From positions 17,531,550 to 17,595,549 of the forward strand of contig JAHRHZ010000289.1 in assembly GCA_024137785.1 (NCBI GenBank): a stretch of DNA of 64,000 nt, given 5' to 3'. The position numbers and the translations under genes are program-made. Below, piece after piece: positions 48,687-61,861 of this stretch. Below the pieces are notes generated by a model. It was not told the origin of the DNA and ran no database searches. It saw nothing but the letters and a program-made list of their open reading frames with translations. How positions within the stretch are numbered: the stretch's first letter is position 1; each line of letters starts with the position of its first letter. Origin of the DNA: Ginglymostoma cirratum. Its lineage: Eukaryota.

Positions 48687-51036
48687 CTGCATCCTAGTCT
48701 CTCCATTGCTATGAAGGATCTGCAGGAAAGGATAGCCCAGAACAAAGGAGCATAATCCTTGTTTGGACTGTCCCAAATATGTCAGTTTGCTATGACAATG
48801 TAGGGGTTAGACAGTTCTTTTGTTTAATTTAACTGTATGTGTTTGTTGACAGAAGCAAACAATTCAGTTTGGGAATACACAGAGGCAGTTGTAGTTTTGG
48901 GTCTTATGAATTTGCAGCTTGCTGCTTTGAAAGGAAAAAGTTGTTAGTCAGGCCTATGACTTAATCAGATAATAATATCTTTACTGTTCATTGCATGGAA
49001 TGTGGGTAGGGCTCAAATTCAGTTTGGAGACCAAATTTTTGAGTGAAGAGGGATTGGAAGACTCGCCTAGCTTGGAAATAGAGGAAGAAATCTACCTTCT
49101 CTGCGAAAGGTGAAGATTGGGAGAATACAGTCCATACAAAACCAGGTCAAGGAAAATAAAGGCAATTTAAATCTTGAGATTCTCCTAATTTTTAAAGCAC
49201 TTTTCAAAGCACAAAAACTGAGAAACTTAAGCTTGAGTTAGAGTTAGAGTCCACAGTCATGTTTTTAACATTTAATAAATGTTAAAGGGGCACTTAGACA
49301 AATGCTAGAGAAAAGATCGCCAGGAAATCTTGTACTTTAGAACAGTGGCTGGAACCACTAGTGAATTCTTAAAGTGAAATCAGGAGGCCTGTGGCCTTTG
49401 GGTTCGTCTCTGAAGAAGAGAACATAAGAGAACCTGAATTCTTAGAACACAGTTATAAATTACTGTTGTTAGTGGTACTTGTTTTCTCTAACTCTTTATG
49501 TACAATAGATACAATAAAGCTTGTATAATTTTAAAATGTGAAATTTTATGGCACAGTTCTTGGAGTTAATTACTGGGCATTTGGCTGTCTCTCTAAATGT
49601 TAACATTTTCTACCAGATCATAGCAACCGCCTTGGAACAAAGACACAGAAAAAAGCAACAAGGGTGTAGCAGTGTTACTCTGTGCCTCACAAAGGGTTCA
49701 CCATGTTCCAGGTTAATCACCCTTCCCTCAAATACAACTGCCTCAAAACCCCATAACTCAACCACAGCTTTTGTTGTAGACCAAGTTCTTCAGACGAACA
49801 GACATCGGTGTCTTTGATTTCCAAAAGGCCATACCTGCATGCTAGCCACTTGTTCATTAAGTCACCTCTACTCTTAAAATAGTGCTCAGATGAATTTCAC
49901 AGAAGTTACACATTTCTGTCATCACAATATCAATGTTTTAAGATTCCTTTTTAAAATGGAGTACTGGAAACATTCAGCAGGTTTGATATCACCTATTACA
50001 TATTCACAATATTTTCTGTTTTTATTTCAAATTTTCTGCATTTACATTTTCTTTTTAAATATTTATTATAGACATTCTACTGTCCTTTGAACCATCAGTT
50101 TTAACTTTTAGCAAAAAAATGAAAATGTACTATTTACTGTATTACTTAGCTTAACATATCCTCCTTTGCTTGGTCCAGTTGGCTTCTCCTTAACTTGAAA
50201 ATAATAACCCACAAAGGACAATTGTCATGGCAATTACGGTAAAGAGCCTCCCATGTTTGTCCTATACTTACAATGTTGTGGAGACTAGGGCAAGGCAGCA
50301 GAAGGCATCAATAATAGCCATAGTTCTTTATACTGGCTCTAGTCCAAAAAACACCTCTACATGCACTGTTAGGTTCAATTTGTGACTTTCATACAAGAGT
50401 TAGGATTACATTATGTCTGCAAATAATTAGAACCACTATCAGGTTCTACTCCCTTAAGGTTAATTCATTATTAATGCTTAATACAATTTGTACAAAGAAA
50501 AATAAATATTCACATATATTCATTTCTCATCTGCCTAAGAGCTTGCAGAAATATTCATTATTTATACCTGACAAATTTTATGCAAGATCTTTAGTCACCC
50601 GAGCATAAGTTGGAGGATACAATTAACAATTTTATATTATTTTACAGTGAAAGACAGTGTGCTGTTAATTACTATGATTTCCCATGCATTGTTTCTTTTT
50701 GACCCTCAATCACTTTGTACACTGTCATGTTCGACTACCTTGAATAATTCTAGGTTGGAAGTAAAATGAACCAAGTTAAATTTGTTAAAGTTTGAAATCA
50801 TTTTACATAAAGTAAAAACAAGTATGCAGGATTCAGCAGACAGAGATTTAACAATAACTCTATTCCTGGGTTTAATAAAATCAACTATTGTCGAGTTCCG
50901 AATGTAAATCAGTGTGGCCTGGATTGTAAATGTCAATGGATTTCTGTAGGAAATCATCCTGACAGGTTAGTTTTCCGCCCACCTACCTGTCTACCCACCC
51001 ACAACAGAACGAAATCCAGCTGGTTTTAAGAACCAT

Positions 51037-51677
51037 AGATAACAAGGCGTGGGGCTGGATGAACACAGCAGGCCAAGCAGCATCATAGGAGCAGGAAAAC
51101 TTGATGTTTCGGGCCTAGACCCTTCATCAGAAATGGGGGAGGGGAAGAGGGTTCTGAAATAAATAGGGAGAGAGAGGGAGGCGGATAGAGGATGGATAGA
51201 GGAGAGGACAGGTGGAGAGGAGGCAGACAGGTCGAAGAGGCGGGGATGGAGCCAGTAAAAGTGAGTGTAGGTGGGGGGGGTAGGGAGGAGATAGGTCAGT
51301 CCAGGGAGGACGGACAGGTCAAGGGGGCGGGATGATGCTAGTAGATAGGAGATAGAGGTGGGGCTTGAGGTGGGAGGAGGGTATAGGTGAGAGGAAAAAC
51401 AGGTTATGGAGGTGGAGATGAGCTCCATCCCCGCCTCTTCAACCTGTCTGTCTCCTCTCCACCTATCCTCTCCTCTATCCATCCTCTATCCGCCTCCCCC
51501 TCTCTCCCTATTTATTTCAGAACCCTCTTCCCCTCCCCCATTTCTGATGAAGGGTCTAGGCCCAAAACGTCAAGTTTTCCTGCTCCTATGATGCTGCTTG
51601 GCCTGCTGTGTTCATCCAGCCCCACGCCTTGTTATCTCGGATTCTCCAGCATCTGCAGTACCTTTTATCTCTGATAC
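51037..51677. mobile_element. Young Penelope-like inverted-repeat insertion with two hammerhead motifs and a 15-bp TSD
   Basis: 216-bp arms 51037-51252 and 51422-51637 (about 6 mismatches) with a 169-bp spacer. TSD GGTTTTAAGAACCAT (51022-51036, 51678-51692). Each arm contains CTGATGA-A-GGGTCTAGGCCC-(G/A)AAAC. Confidence 0.92.
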
Positions 51678-52479
51678 GGTTTTAAGAACCATGTTTCTTT
51701 CAACTTGGACGGGATGACATCAACTTGTTCCAGCCAGGAAGCAGCTGAAAATTACAATGGCATTAAGTAGGTAGTTGGTTTAACTGCTTCAGGAAGCTAA
51801 AAATAATTACCTGCTTTGGCCTCGTTCAGTTGCAATCCACTTCCCTGCTGTTTTCGTCTGAAAGGAAAGCCAATGCAGTTTCCTGCTCAGGCTATACAGT
51901 TAAAATTGCAGTTGAGTGCCAATGACATTAATGGATCCAAATTTACAAATGTAAAAACAAGACACAGCTGTTTTCGGGTAAGGAATTTTTCCACCTGCTT
52001 AATGGAGAGATTAAAACCTGTAGTCAGCTTCTAGCATATCCTGGGCAATTTTAAATGCCTATCCACCCTTTAACTTTGAGGTTTAAGGGTAAGGAATCTT
52101 TCCTTGAGGATTTCAATTGTCTCTTCAATAAGAATTCTAAATGAGCCATGAATATGACTATAGCTTTATTCAGACATTCTGAGAGGAGGCATCACTCAAT
52201 TCTGTTGAAGATCATCCCTGTCCCTGAATTAACAGGCTTTCACTTGTGCATAGATAGAGTGTAAAAAATTAAAAAGTGACACGGAAGTGTTAATTGCAGA
52301 GGCTAGGAAAACAAGCACAAATCTCCACAATGCACTACTCATGATGCCATACCTGAGGATAGCTAATGGGGTTCAAGCACATGTGATTCATGAGTGTAAT
52401 GGAATTGTGCAGAGTGTCTTATGGTACGACAATAGCAGAAGTCAGTAACTCATGGATGTGGAGTGATGTTCTCTTTCAG

Positions 52480-52950
52480 TTTAGAATTAGAATTGGCCTT
52501 TATTGTCACATATACCTAATGGGTATAGTGAAAAATTTATACATTGGCACTTACAGCACCACCTTAGGTACAAAGGTACCAAGGTACAGCTTCTTTAATT
52601 ACGAGATCTTAGAAAATAGAGAAGTAAAACATCCAGCATTGCAGAAGTAAAAGTTCAGAACCACGGTCCTCCAATCCAGACCATGCTGGCACCCAGCCTC
52701 CAGTACACAGCAGGCCCGGCTCCAGACTGCGCCAGGTTTCACCTTGAGGGTCATGAGGCTGAGAGATCATTTCAGACAGCCACGCCAGGCCAGGAGGACG
52801 CCACATCTGGAGGGCTTGCAGGGAGGTCGCCACACCGCGTTGGGAAGCCTTGCGGGAAGTCACCACACTACACTGGGAGGCTGCTGCATCAGGCCAGGAG
52901 ATCACCACACCACGCTGGGAGGCCACAATGGGATGCTGCTGCACCAGGTT
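52480..52950 (-). mobile_element. Non-LTR-derived (Rex/Babar-like tail) repeat with short GC-rich internal repeats
   Basis: ttagaattagaatt...tttattgtcaca reversed tail, also seen at ~19325-19350, and repeated caccacac..ctgggagg units. Confidence 0.35.
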
Positions 52951-53574
52951 TCAGTGCTATCTTTCCATGTTTGGCACAAACTGTACACAATTGTATTGAT
53001 AGCCAAGGTAGAAGTCACATGACTGTGGCAAGCCAGCCAATATACTAAGTACATTTGCAACTCTCCATGCTCCTTTTCATAAAAGAAATGCAAGCACTTT
53101 CAAATATAATTTTAAATTACCACATACCACTTTATATGGTCAGGTTAACATTAACATTTGTTAATAGAGCTCTGGTCAATTCTGACATGCTTTGGATAGT
53201 GTACGAATCAGGCAGGTCTTCTATCAGTGCATATACACTTTATTGGTGGCTGTTCATCTGTGATCTGATTATTCCTAGGATGATGTTTCTTCTCTGGGGA
53301 ATGTTATTCCCATGGTGAGTGCTGCTGCCACGGTAATTATTGTTGCTGATCCATTTCCATTGCTGGGAAAAAGTGAACTTCAGGGACTGATGATCATTCT
53401 GTACTCTATGCAGATGGTGAGTTCACAGTTTCCTGGTCAGTTGCCTACAGCAAAGACATTGCTTCTTCAGTTGGATGTGGATGCCTGCAGTTGAGACAAT
53501 TTTTTTTTTACGTTCACATCTGACGTGTAGGAGTCTTTCAAAGGCCAATTGATTTGAGCTCAGGAACAGCATGT

Positions 53575-55495
53575 TCCTGTAAGGATGAAAGATAAGGATG
53601 GCAAGATTTGAGAACCCTGGATGACGAGAGACATGAAGGTTTAGTCAAAAAGAAAAAGGAAACATATGTAGGAAACTGAAATCAGACAAGTCCCTTGAGG
53701 AATATAAAGGAAGCAGGAAAAGACTTAAATAAGGAATTAGGTGAGCTAAAAGGGGCCATGAAATGACCTTGGCAAATAGGATTAAGGAGAATTCCAAGAC
53801 AGTTTATATCAGGAGCAAGAGGGTAGCTAGGGAAAGGGTAAGTCCACTCAAGATCAAAGGGAGGAATTTCTACGTGCAGCCAGAAGAAGTGGGTAAGGTC
53901 CTTAGTGAGTACTTTGCATTGATATTCACGGACATGAATGTTGATCAGATTAGGGAGGGTATGTTGATATTCTAGGTCATGTCAATATTAAGAAGAAGGA
54001 GGCTTTAGGTGTCTTGAAAAACATTAAGACAGGTAAGTCCCCAAGGCCTGAAGGGATCTATCCCAGGACACTGAGGGCAGCAAAGGAGGAGATTGCTGGG
54101 GCCTTAACTGAGATCTCTGTGTACTTTTTACCCAGAGGCAAGATTCCAGAAGACTGGTGAATAGCCAATTTTGTTTGTTTAAGAAAGGCAACAGAGAAAA
54201 TCCGACAAATTATAGGCTGGTGAGTCTTATCTCAGCGGTAGAGAAATTATTAGAGAAAATTCTTTGGGGCAGGATTTACTCGCATTTGGAAAAGAATGGA
54301 CTTATTAAGGATAGTCAGCAAGGCTTTGCGTGGGGGATGTCTTAGCTTACAAATTTGATTCAGGACGTGACAAAGATGCTTGATGAGGGGAGGGCAGTGG
54401 ATGTTGTGTATGGATTTTACTGAAGCTTTTGACAAGGTCCCACATGGTAGGCTGATCTAGAAGATTGTCATGTATCCATGGTGAGTTGATAAGTTTGATA
54501 CAAAACTGGCTTCAGGGTAAGAGGGTAACTATGGAGGGGTATTTTTCTAACTGGAGGTCTGTGACCATTGGTGTTCCAGCAGGATCAGTGCTTGAAGCTC
54601 AGTTTTTTGTAATATATAAAAATGATCTGGATAAAAATGTAGGAGATCTGATTAATAAGTTTGCAGATGACACAGAAATTGGTGGAGTTGTGGATAGTGA
54701 GGAACGTTGTCAGAGGCTATAGCAGGATATAGATCAACTGGAAAGTTGGGTGGAGAAATGGCAGATGGAGTTTAATCTGACAAGTCTGTGGTGATGCATT
54801 TTGGGAAGTCAAATGCAAGAGGAAAGTATACAGCAAATGGCAGGACCTTAAGAGTATTGATAGACCAAGGGATCTTGAGGGGCATCTCCATAGCTCCCTG
54901 GAAGTTGCAACATAAACGGACAAAGTGGTAAAGGAGGCATGCAATATGTTTGCCTTCATTGGTCAGGGCATCGAGTATAAAAGTTGGCTAGTCATGTTGC
55001 AGCTGTATAAAACTTTAGTTAGGCTACATTTGGAGTATTGTGTGCAGTTCTGGTTGCCACAATATAGGAAGGATGTGGAGGCTTTGAAGAGGGTGCAAAA
55101 TATAATATTGCCAGGATATTTCCTGGATTAGAGTGCATTAGTTAGAAGAAGAGGTTGGACAAATTTGATTTGTTTTCGCTAGAGTGTCGGAGGCTGAAGG
55201 GTGACTTTTTTCCAGTGTGGAAATGTCAAATAGTAGATGGCATAGGTTTAAGGTGAAAGGGGGCAAGATTAAAGGAGATGTGCAAGGAAAATTTTTTACA
55301 GAGAAGGTGGTAAGTACCTGGAATGCACTGCTGGGGAGGTGGCAGAAGTAGATACCATAGCAATGTCTAAGAGACATTTTGACAGATAAATGAACAGGGA
55401 ATAGAGGGAATAGAGGGATATAGATCATATGCAGGCAGATGGCATTAGTTTAGAATGGCATCATGGGGCAAAGGGCCTGTTCCTGTGCTGTACGT
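53575..55495 (+). mobile_element. CR1 LINE (ORF2 RT to 3' end), decayed
   Basis: KSPRPEGIYPR, LFKKGNRENPTNYRLVSLIS, SQQGF, AFDKVPHGRL, GVPAGSVL, KFADDTEIGG and LYKTLVRLHLEYCVQFW. Tail aagggcctgttcctgtgctgtac. Confidence 0.9.
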
Positions 55496-55499
55496 TTGA

Positions 55500-58480
55500 T
55501 CGAGCTGACAGCTGCTCACAAAGATCCCAAGGTGCCATGTGAGTTGGCTGATGTCGAGACTTGAACATTTGCACTCAGGCTGGTTCTCCAATGCTCAGCT
55601 CTGGCGATGACTTGGTAGTTCTATCAAACTGAAAATTGGCTTTCTGTCATTCCACCTTGATTTTTTCTTCTGCCTGTTAATACTTCTGGCTCCAGCAGAT
55701 TTTCCCTGTTGGAAAAACAGTCTGGGTATTCTAGCCTGTGATATTTGTCTTGAGATTGGACTACTTTCCATGCCTTCCTTGGCGTAATTTCTCCACCCAA
55801 GGACTATTTTGTGTAAGTCTGTGCTGGATTTGCTTGATTTTTCAAATTATCCCTTTGACGATTTTCACTACTACCTCAGCCTTTCCATTTGACTGGGTTA
55901 GTGTGGATGAATGGTGTTGAATTTCTCAATCCTTTATAAAGCTGCTGAACTTTACACTCATGAGTTAAGTGCCACTGTCACTCATCACAATACCATCATG
56001 ACTTAAGCATGCTTTCAGGAATTCTACAGTCTCACTGGTAATCATTGATGTCAACCAGTCTAACTCTCAGTGGACAGAAAAGTAGTCAACATTGATAAGG
56101 TAATCACTTCCTGCAAATGTGAAGAGATCTGCTGGAATTTTATCTATGGTCTCTCAAGGATGTCAAGAATTGTAAGTGGCTCTTTAACTTGCTTAGTTTG
56201 GTATTTGTTACAAACACTGCACTGGCCAATGTGGTCCTAAATCTCATTGCTCATGTTTGGTCAGTAGAGCCCTTTTCTTCCCTTCCTCGGGGTGCCTCAA
56301 TTTTTTGTTGGTTTGCAAGAATGCACATCAGCATCCCTTTTCTCATCTCCTTCCAGATAATGACTTTTTCCCTTGGACAAGATCCAGTCTTGGGCAATCA
56401 TTTCATCTCTGTATCCCTAATATTCTCTCAAAACAACATATACTTCCTTGATGCTTTCAGCCTATCCTTTCATCACATCTTGCTACAGCACTAGGAGAGT
56501 TGCAACTTGTTTCATAGCTTGCTTGATTTGAGTAAGAACTTGACTTTCAAATTTTTGCTAGATTAATGACTTCCAGAGCACGTTAAGCTGTAGCTTCTCA
56601 GTGAATCTGGAGGATTTTACACACTGTCATGGTATTTTCAACCTTTCTTATAGGTGGTGTGGTTTTCAATAACATGTCTGCAATTTACATTTGTTTCCCT
56701 TGCTTGTATTTCATTTCCATATAATATCTCTGCAAGAGAAGTAACAATTTTCGCAGTTGCTTTGGAGCAGATAGAAAGCAGACAGTTTGAGGAAGATACT
56801 TTTAAGTTCCTTGTGGTTAGACTCCACTGTCACTTTGTCTCTCCCAAATATATATTAATTAAAATATTCACAAACAAAGAAAATAAGCAGGCACTCTTTC
56901 ATTATCTGAGCTTAGTGTTGTTCAGCTTGTATTAAAGCCCTGGGTACAAAAGTAACCTGTTGTCCTTACTACCTAAGAGTTATTCCTGTTTTGTTGACAG
57001 CATACTGCAAGGTGATGTCACCCTTGACATTATAGTACCAGTGCAGTTTTGTCTTCACTAGTTGTTTGATTCTAGTGATTCAAGTGTAACCTGTTTCTTA
57101 TTCTGTGCCCAAAATTGTGTAGAGGTTCACATTCTGATGGTTCACATTTTGCTAAATAGCTCATGAGTCCAACAAATCATTTCACTGCTTTTATAACTTT
57201 GCTCACTACATCTCTGCTACAGCTCTCACTTGTCAGGAGCTTCAGGCATATTCAATTGCATATATTCCTTGTTCAACTTCAGGTTCATCTGACAGTCTTT
57301 CTAGCAGTTGTAGAAGACTTGGATGGTCTGTAATGGCTTCTTCCATTGTGTCTCCACATCTAAGATTTGCAGATCATCTGCAAAAGCTTTTACTTTGGGC
57401 AGATCACCAGAATATAGTTAGAAAACCGTTGTTTACATCCAGTTCACTTTGCTAGTAACCATTAAGGGTAGAAAATAACATTGTTTTGGCAGGGTTTGGC
57501 AAAGTTTCTTCAATAGTTGGTTTGGGGTAGTGAGGTCACTTCAAAGCTTTACTGAGATCCTTTGGATCAATGCATAACTTTAGTTTTCCAGTTTGTTTCA
57601 TTGCTACCGAGTTGTTGATCCAGTCTGCTGGAGCTGTCCTTTTTTTCCCAGTTCTTCAGACTCGTTTTTCAGGCTGTACTTTAGAATTTGAGGGCAGCTG
57701 GAACTTTCATTGGCAAACAGTGTGTTGGTCTCATACTCTCATCTATTTTGAGATGATAGTAACCTGGAAAACCTGTAACATCATCTCTGTTCAGCTGTCA
57801 ATAGCATAAAAGCTTGCAAAATAATGCAAAACCTTCTGACATTGGAGCTACTAGTCCAAGTTTTAAACTTGCTGCAGCTGAGATGAGCAGAATTAGTTAG
57901 CTAACTGGAACTCCAGATTTTTATTTTGCCCATTGTACTGGGCTTTCAGCTTCATTTGTCCTCTTGGGGTGAGAATAGTTTGATCATGTGGCCTCGATCT
58001 TATTTTCAAGGGTTTTGGGGCACTATATTGAGAGATTTCACACAATTCTGTGAAGCTCATGATGATAGACATCACAGCGGTATCAACCTGACATTTCACA
58101 TTCACTTGGTGCTCTTCTCCTTCAGTTGTTTTCTGACATTTGCAAACCATTTAACACCTTTGGATCAGACAATGTCAATCGTTTGTATGATGTGGAGTGT
58201 TTGGTCAAAATTATTGGCTGATATTTCTCCAGCAATCATCTTTCTGGACTTGTTTTGCTTCTTTCTAGCTAAGATCTGTAAGCAAGATTTTTCAGCTTCT
58301 TGCAGATTTAAGAATTGCTTCTTCTTGTTGGACATGCTCTGTTTTCTTTTATGTGATGACCTCTGCAATACTTAGATTCTGCCCTCTGTACTTGATGTTT
58401 CTGTTGGTTCTTCTGCAACTACTTTTCCTTTTTTCCAACAAGTTGTTGTTATCTGAACTAGAATGTTTCTCAGCATAATG
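55500..58480 (-). mobile_element. Decayed Gypsy pol (protease-RT-integrase), deleted
   Basis: VKCQVDTA (protease), GKLKLCIDPKDLSKALK.PHY (RT start, ~57530-57590) and IPADLFTFAGSDYLINVDYFS (integrase, ~56075-56140). Confidence 0.8.
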
Positions 58481-59272
58481 CAAGGCTATGGCTGTTCCCC
58501 CAATGAATACACTTTATCTGGTGATTGATAATCTCAGAACTTCTGGACATGGCACTCGTGAGAGTAACTTACCCCTCTCTCACAAAGTATGTTCTCACTG
58601 CAGGAGCTTTTTATGCTTAGGCAATCCTATCTCTTATTAAATTATCTTTCCGTTGTCCCAACTCATAAGATCCAGCTGGATGTATCAGTGCAGTCAATTA
58701 CCAATTAATAGTCTTCCTCTCCCCTTGACCTTTGATTATACACCAAAAGCTGTTCATAAGAACATTAATTCTGCGTTCACTGTATGTCTTCAAAGCCTGC
58801 AAAACCTCTCAATGTCCTTTCTGCTCCTCAGTGAGAACTAAGTTTGTAATACAGTGAGATCAAGGCAGCCAAAGAAATTGTACCAGAGTCAATCCTGCAG
58901 GTCCAGTGTAACCAATCCAGGAATTATGCATAGGTCAGTTGGGGTTCTGTGGAGACAACCGTTTGGGGGGGATGGGTCAATTTTTCCTGCAATGACAAAA
59001 TGGAGGAGTTGAGTATGGTGGAAGAGCAGTGAATGGTGATGCATGAAAAGGAGTGATGGTGAGCAGTGCTCACTATGATTAGGAAATGTGGAGACATGAA
59101 GGGTTAGCAACATGGGAGAATGAGGTGGGTGATGGCAATTGATTGGATATGATACATGCAGTAGTGAGAGTTGCAGTTCATGAACAATAGTGACATGAGT
59201 GAGCAGGGATAGGGTCAGAATGGGTGATGACCCTATGAGTGTGACGTGATAGAGAGAAGATGGTAGCCTTAC

Positions 59273-59500
59273 CCTTGTGGAGCACAAATTATTGACCACT
59301 TTCCTGCACTGCACACAGGTGATTACATTAACCCAGAATGCTGTCTGGACCCATGCTGTCTGTTGTGGTGGATGGTGCAGTAATTTCCTGTGGGGTTAAC
59401 AGGGATAAAGGACTATCCTCCTCTCCTGCAGCCTGTCCACCTGCATCTCCAGGTCTCTGTTCAAGAAACAAGGTGTGAACTTTCCTTTCTGTGCTACAAT
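59273..59500 (-). mobile_element. Harbinger-associated Myb/SANT-like gene, exon fossil
   Basis: KGKFTPCFLNRDLEMQVDRLQERRIVLYP...AWVQTAFWVN...QCRKVVNNL followed by donor AGG|GTAAGG. Confidence 0.6.
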
Positions 59501-59582
59501 GGTCCAGCATCACAGTGTGAGGCAGTACCTGGCTTACAGTGTCTGTGCAGTGATGAGGGCTTTCACCTTTCCAGCCTCATGA

Positions 59583-59982
59583 TTGCACGAGGCAGGTGTT
59601 ACTACAGATTTCAACCTTTTGCCTCAGACTCCTAGGCTGCCACAGCGATATCAGCAACTTGAACAGCAAATGGAAATATTATGCCCATGTTTCAAGTAAT
59701 GTCTTTTAATGGTTGATACAAACTGTACACAAAGTCACTTACAGCAGAGGAAGAAGTCACATGATTACATGTAGCCAGTACACACTGCATGTCCCCAAAC
59801 ATAATTCAAGCTTTCTGAACACAAGGACTCTATTCATGCATATGTTTACACTATCAAACATTGTATCAATCACTTGTTTAATATACAAGCATTAATTGCA
59901 CATAGATTCAAGTTGCTGATATCGCTTTTGCAACCAGGACTCCTAAGCAAAGGGTTGAAATCTGTAGCACCCTTAAGTGCAA
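59583..59982. repeat. Imperfect ~80-bp inverted repeat
   Basis: Arms 59583-59663 and 59907-59982, with a perfect 20-bp core agcgatatcagcaacttgaa / ttcaagttgctgatatcgct. Confidence 0.8.
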
Positions 59983-60780
59983 CAGTCAATGCTGTAGTAG
60001 CTGTGACAATTGGTTATTGGTCTTACTGAATGAAGTAACAGAAGTTGGCGACATCTATCCTGATGAAATGCAGCCACTCTATCCACTGCTCCACACATGC
60101 TGCTAGCAATGTTGTTCTCGGCTTTTATAGTCGTTTAAAATAATTCTATTTGCTCTTCTTGCAGCAGTAGCTCTGATTGTTCATTGTCGTCCTCCTGCTC
60201 AGCATTTACCAGACAAATGCTAGTGAGATCCAGACAAGGAAAAATGTGCATCACTAGAAGTCCCTTAAGAATTCACAATCTGATATACAAGTACTCACAT
60301 CATTGAACAAGCAATATTTCTGTCATAACCTTGCAGCATGTTAACTCTGAGCAGGTTAGGATCCTAAATAGTGTTGAAAATAGTCACTTGCCCATGCTCA
60401 TAGTTGTGGAAAGTGTAAAGAGCTTGCTGGTAGCAAGATGAATAGAACTAAAAATGGTGTTTGAGTCATAACAATGTCATTTGACCCTGATGTGTAACCT
60501 TTCAATGGAAAATACATACATAATTGATGTCCAAATCACAAGAGGAAACCATCAAATAAGAGGGAAAGGATTTCAATTCATAAACATTTGTTAAGAGGAA
60601 GAAAACAGTCCAATGATGCATGGGAAACAGGAAGAAAACAATGAAGAGATTCAGGACCATAGGAATTGCCTGCACACCTTATAATGTTCCTTTACTCGTT
60701 TGGAAACTAGAGTGATTTCTGTTACAGTCTACAAAGCTGTACATGACAGGCTGCATTAAAACCATATTAGACTATCTGGG

Positions 60781-60966
60781 ATAAACACAGAAATTACTGG
60801 AGAAATTCAACATGTCTGGCAGCATCTGTGGAGAGAAAACAGAGTTAACGTTTTCAACTCGAACTTGAAACATTTTCTCCTCACAGATGCTGCCGGACCT
60901 ACTGAGTTTCTTCAGCAATCTTTGTTTCTGTTTAGGTCTCCAGCATCTGCAGTTCTTTGTTTTATT
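60781..60966. mobile_element. Palindromic Penelope-like insertion with degenerate TSD
   Basis: Arms tctggcagcatctgtg / cacagatgctgccgga. Flanks TTAGACTATCTGGG and TTAGATTATTTGGG. Confidence 0.75.
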
Positions 60967-61419
60967 TTAGATTATTTGGGTCTACCTTTTTTTTATGACT
61001 TTATCAGTATCAGTGGAATAACGAACCTTTTTGGTATGTAGCTCCCAAGAATTTCAAGTTACCTAAGATATATGATTTATCAGGAATATATACATTTCCT
61101 TGGTAATAATTATCTCCAACTTGGCTAAAACCTCAATTCAAATAATTATACATAAACAAATGACAGAATAATTACAGGCTAACTATAGCCTATCTTTATG
61201 CCATTCTAGTAAACCATGCTTTAAAGATCAAAGGAAGTTCACCAAGTCAAACACAAAAATGGAAATTTGACAAACTGCTTTGCCTGCACCATGAAGTAAC
61301 CAAATTTGTTCCAGATCACATAACTAAGATTGATTTACTTACTACTTGGGGTACATATACAACATGCCACCCAACCATAGAACTGTCCAGTAATAGAAAC
61401 TTATAACAGAGTTCTTCAA

Positions 61420-61556
61420 AATTCCAAAGAAGAATCACACTGGACGCAAAATGTTAACTCTGTTTCTCTTTCCATGCATGCTGCCAGACCTGCTGAGTTT
61501 CTCCAGCCCTTTCTGTTTTTACTCCAGATTTTCAGCATCCACTGTATTTTGTTCTA
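61420..61556 (+). mobile_element. Short Penelope-like 3' end
   Basis: tgttaactctgtttctc...atgctgccagacctgctgagtttctccagc...cagcatccac. Confidence 0.7.
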
Positions 61557-61861
61557 TGTAGTCAGGCAGAGGATTGGTCTGTAATCATTCAGGAAACTGT
61601 ATCCTGGATAAGTAACTGGAAATCACAGAAGGCAGGAAGAGTTAGTGGTTTGGGGCATGGGGTTGGTGAGACCCATTGAGGGAAGATATATACAAATATT
61701 AAGAGTAGTAAACTGGGAACTTGGGTAGAAAATAGGTCAATGGCAAGGCTGGAGTGGATGTGAGGTAGCAGAGAGAAAATAGTGATTCTTGCCCCTTTGG
61801 TGCACAGATGGCATTGCTGTCACACTGTTGTTTGTTTCTCTGGACCACGGACACTGCATTC

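Noticed and set aside
50991-51674. ORFs 50991-51482 (-) and 51387-51674 (+) encoding near-identical peptides (also 848-1036, MLLGLLCSSS...)
   Set aside because: Products of the inverted Penelope-end repeat, not genes.
52790-52930. Short spaced repeats, superficially CRISPR-like
   Set aside because: Irregular, degenerate units inside a eukaryotic repeat, with no cas genes.
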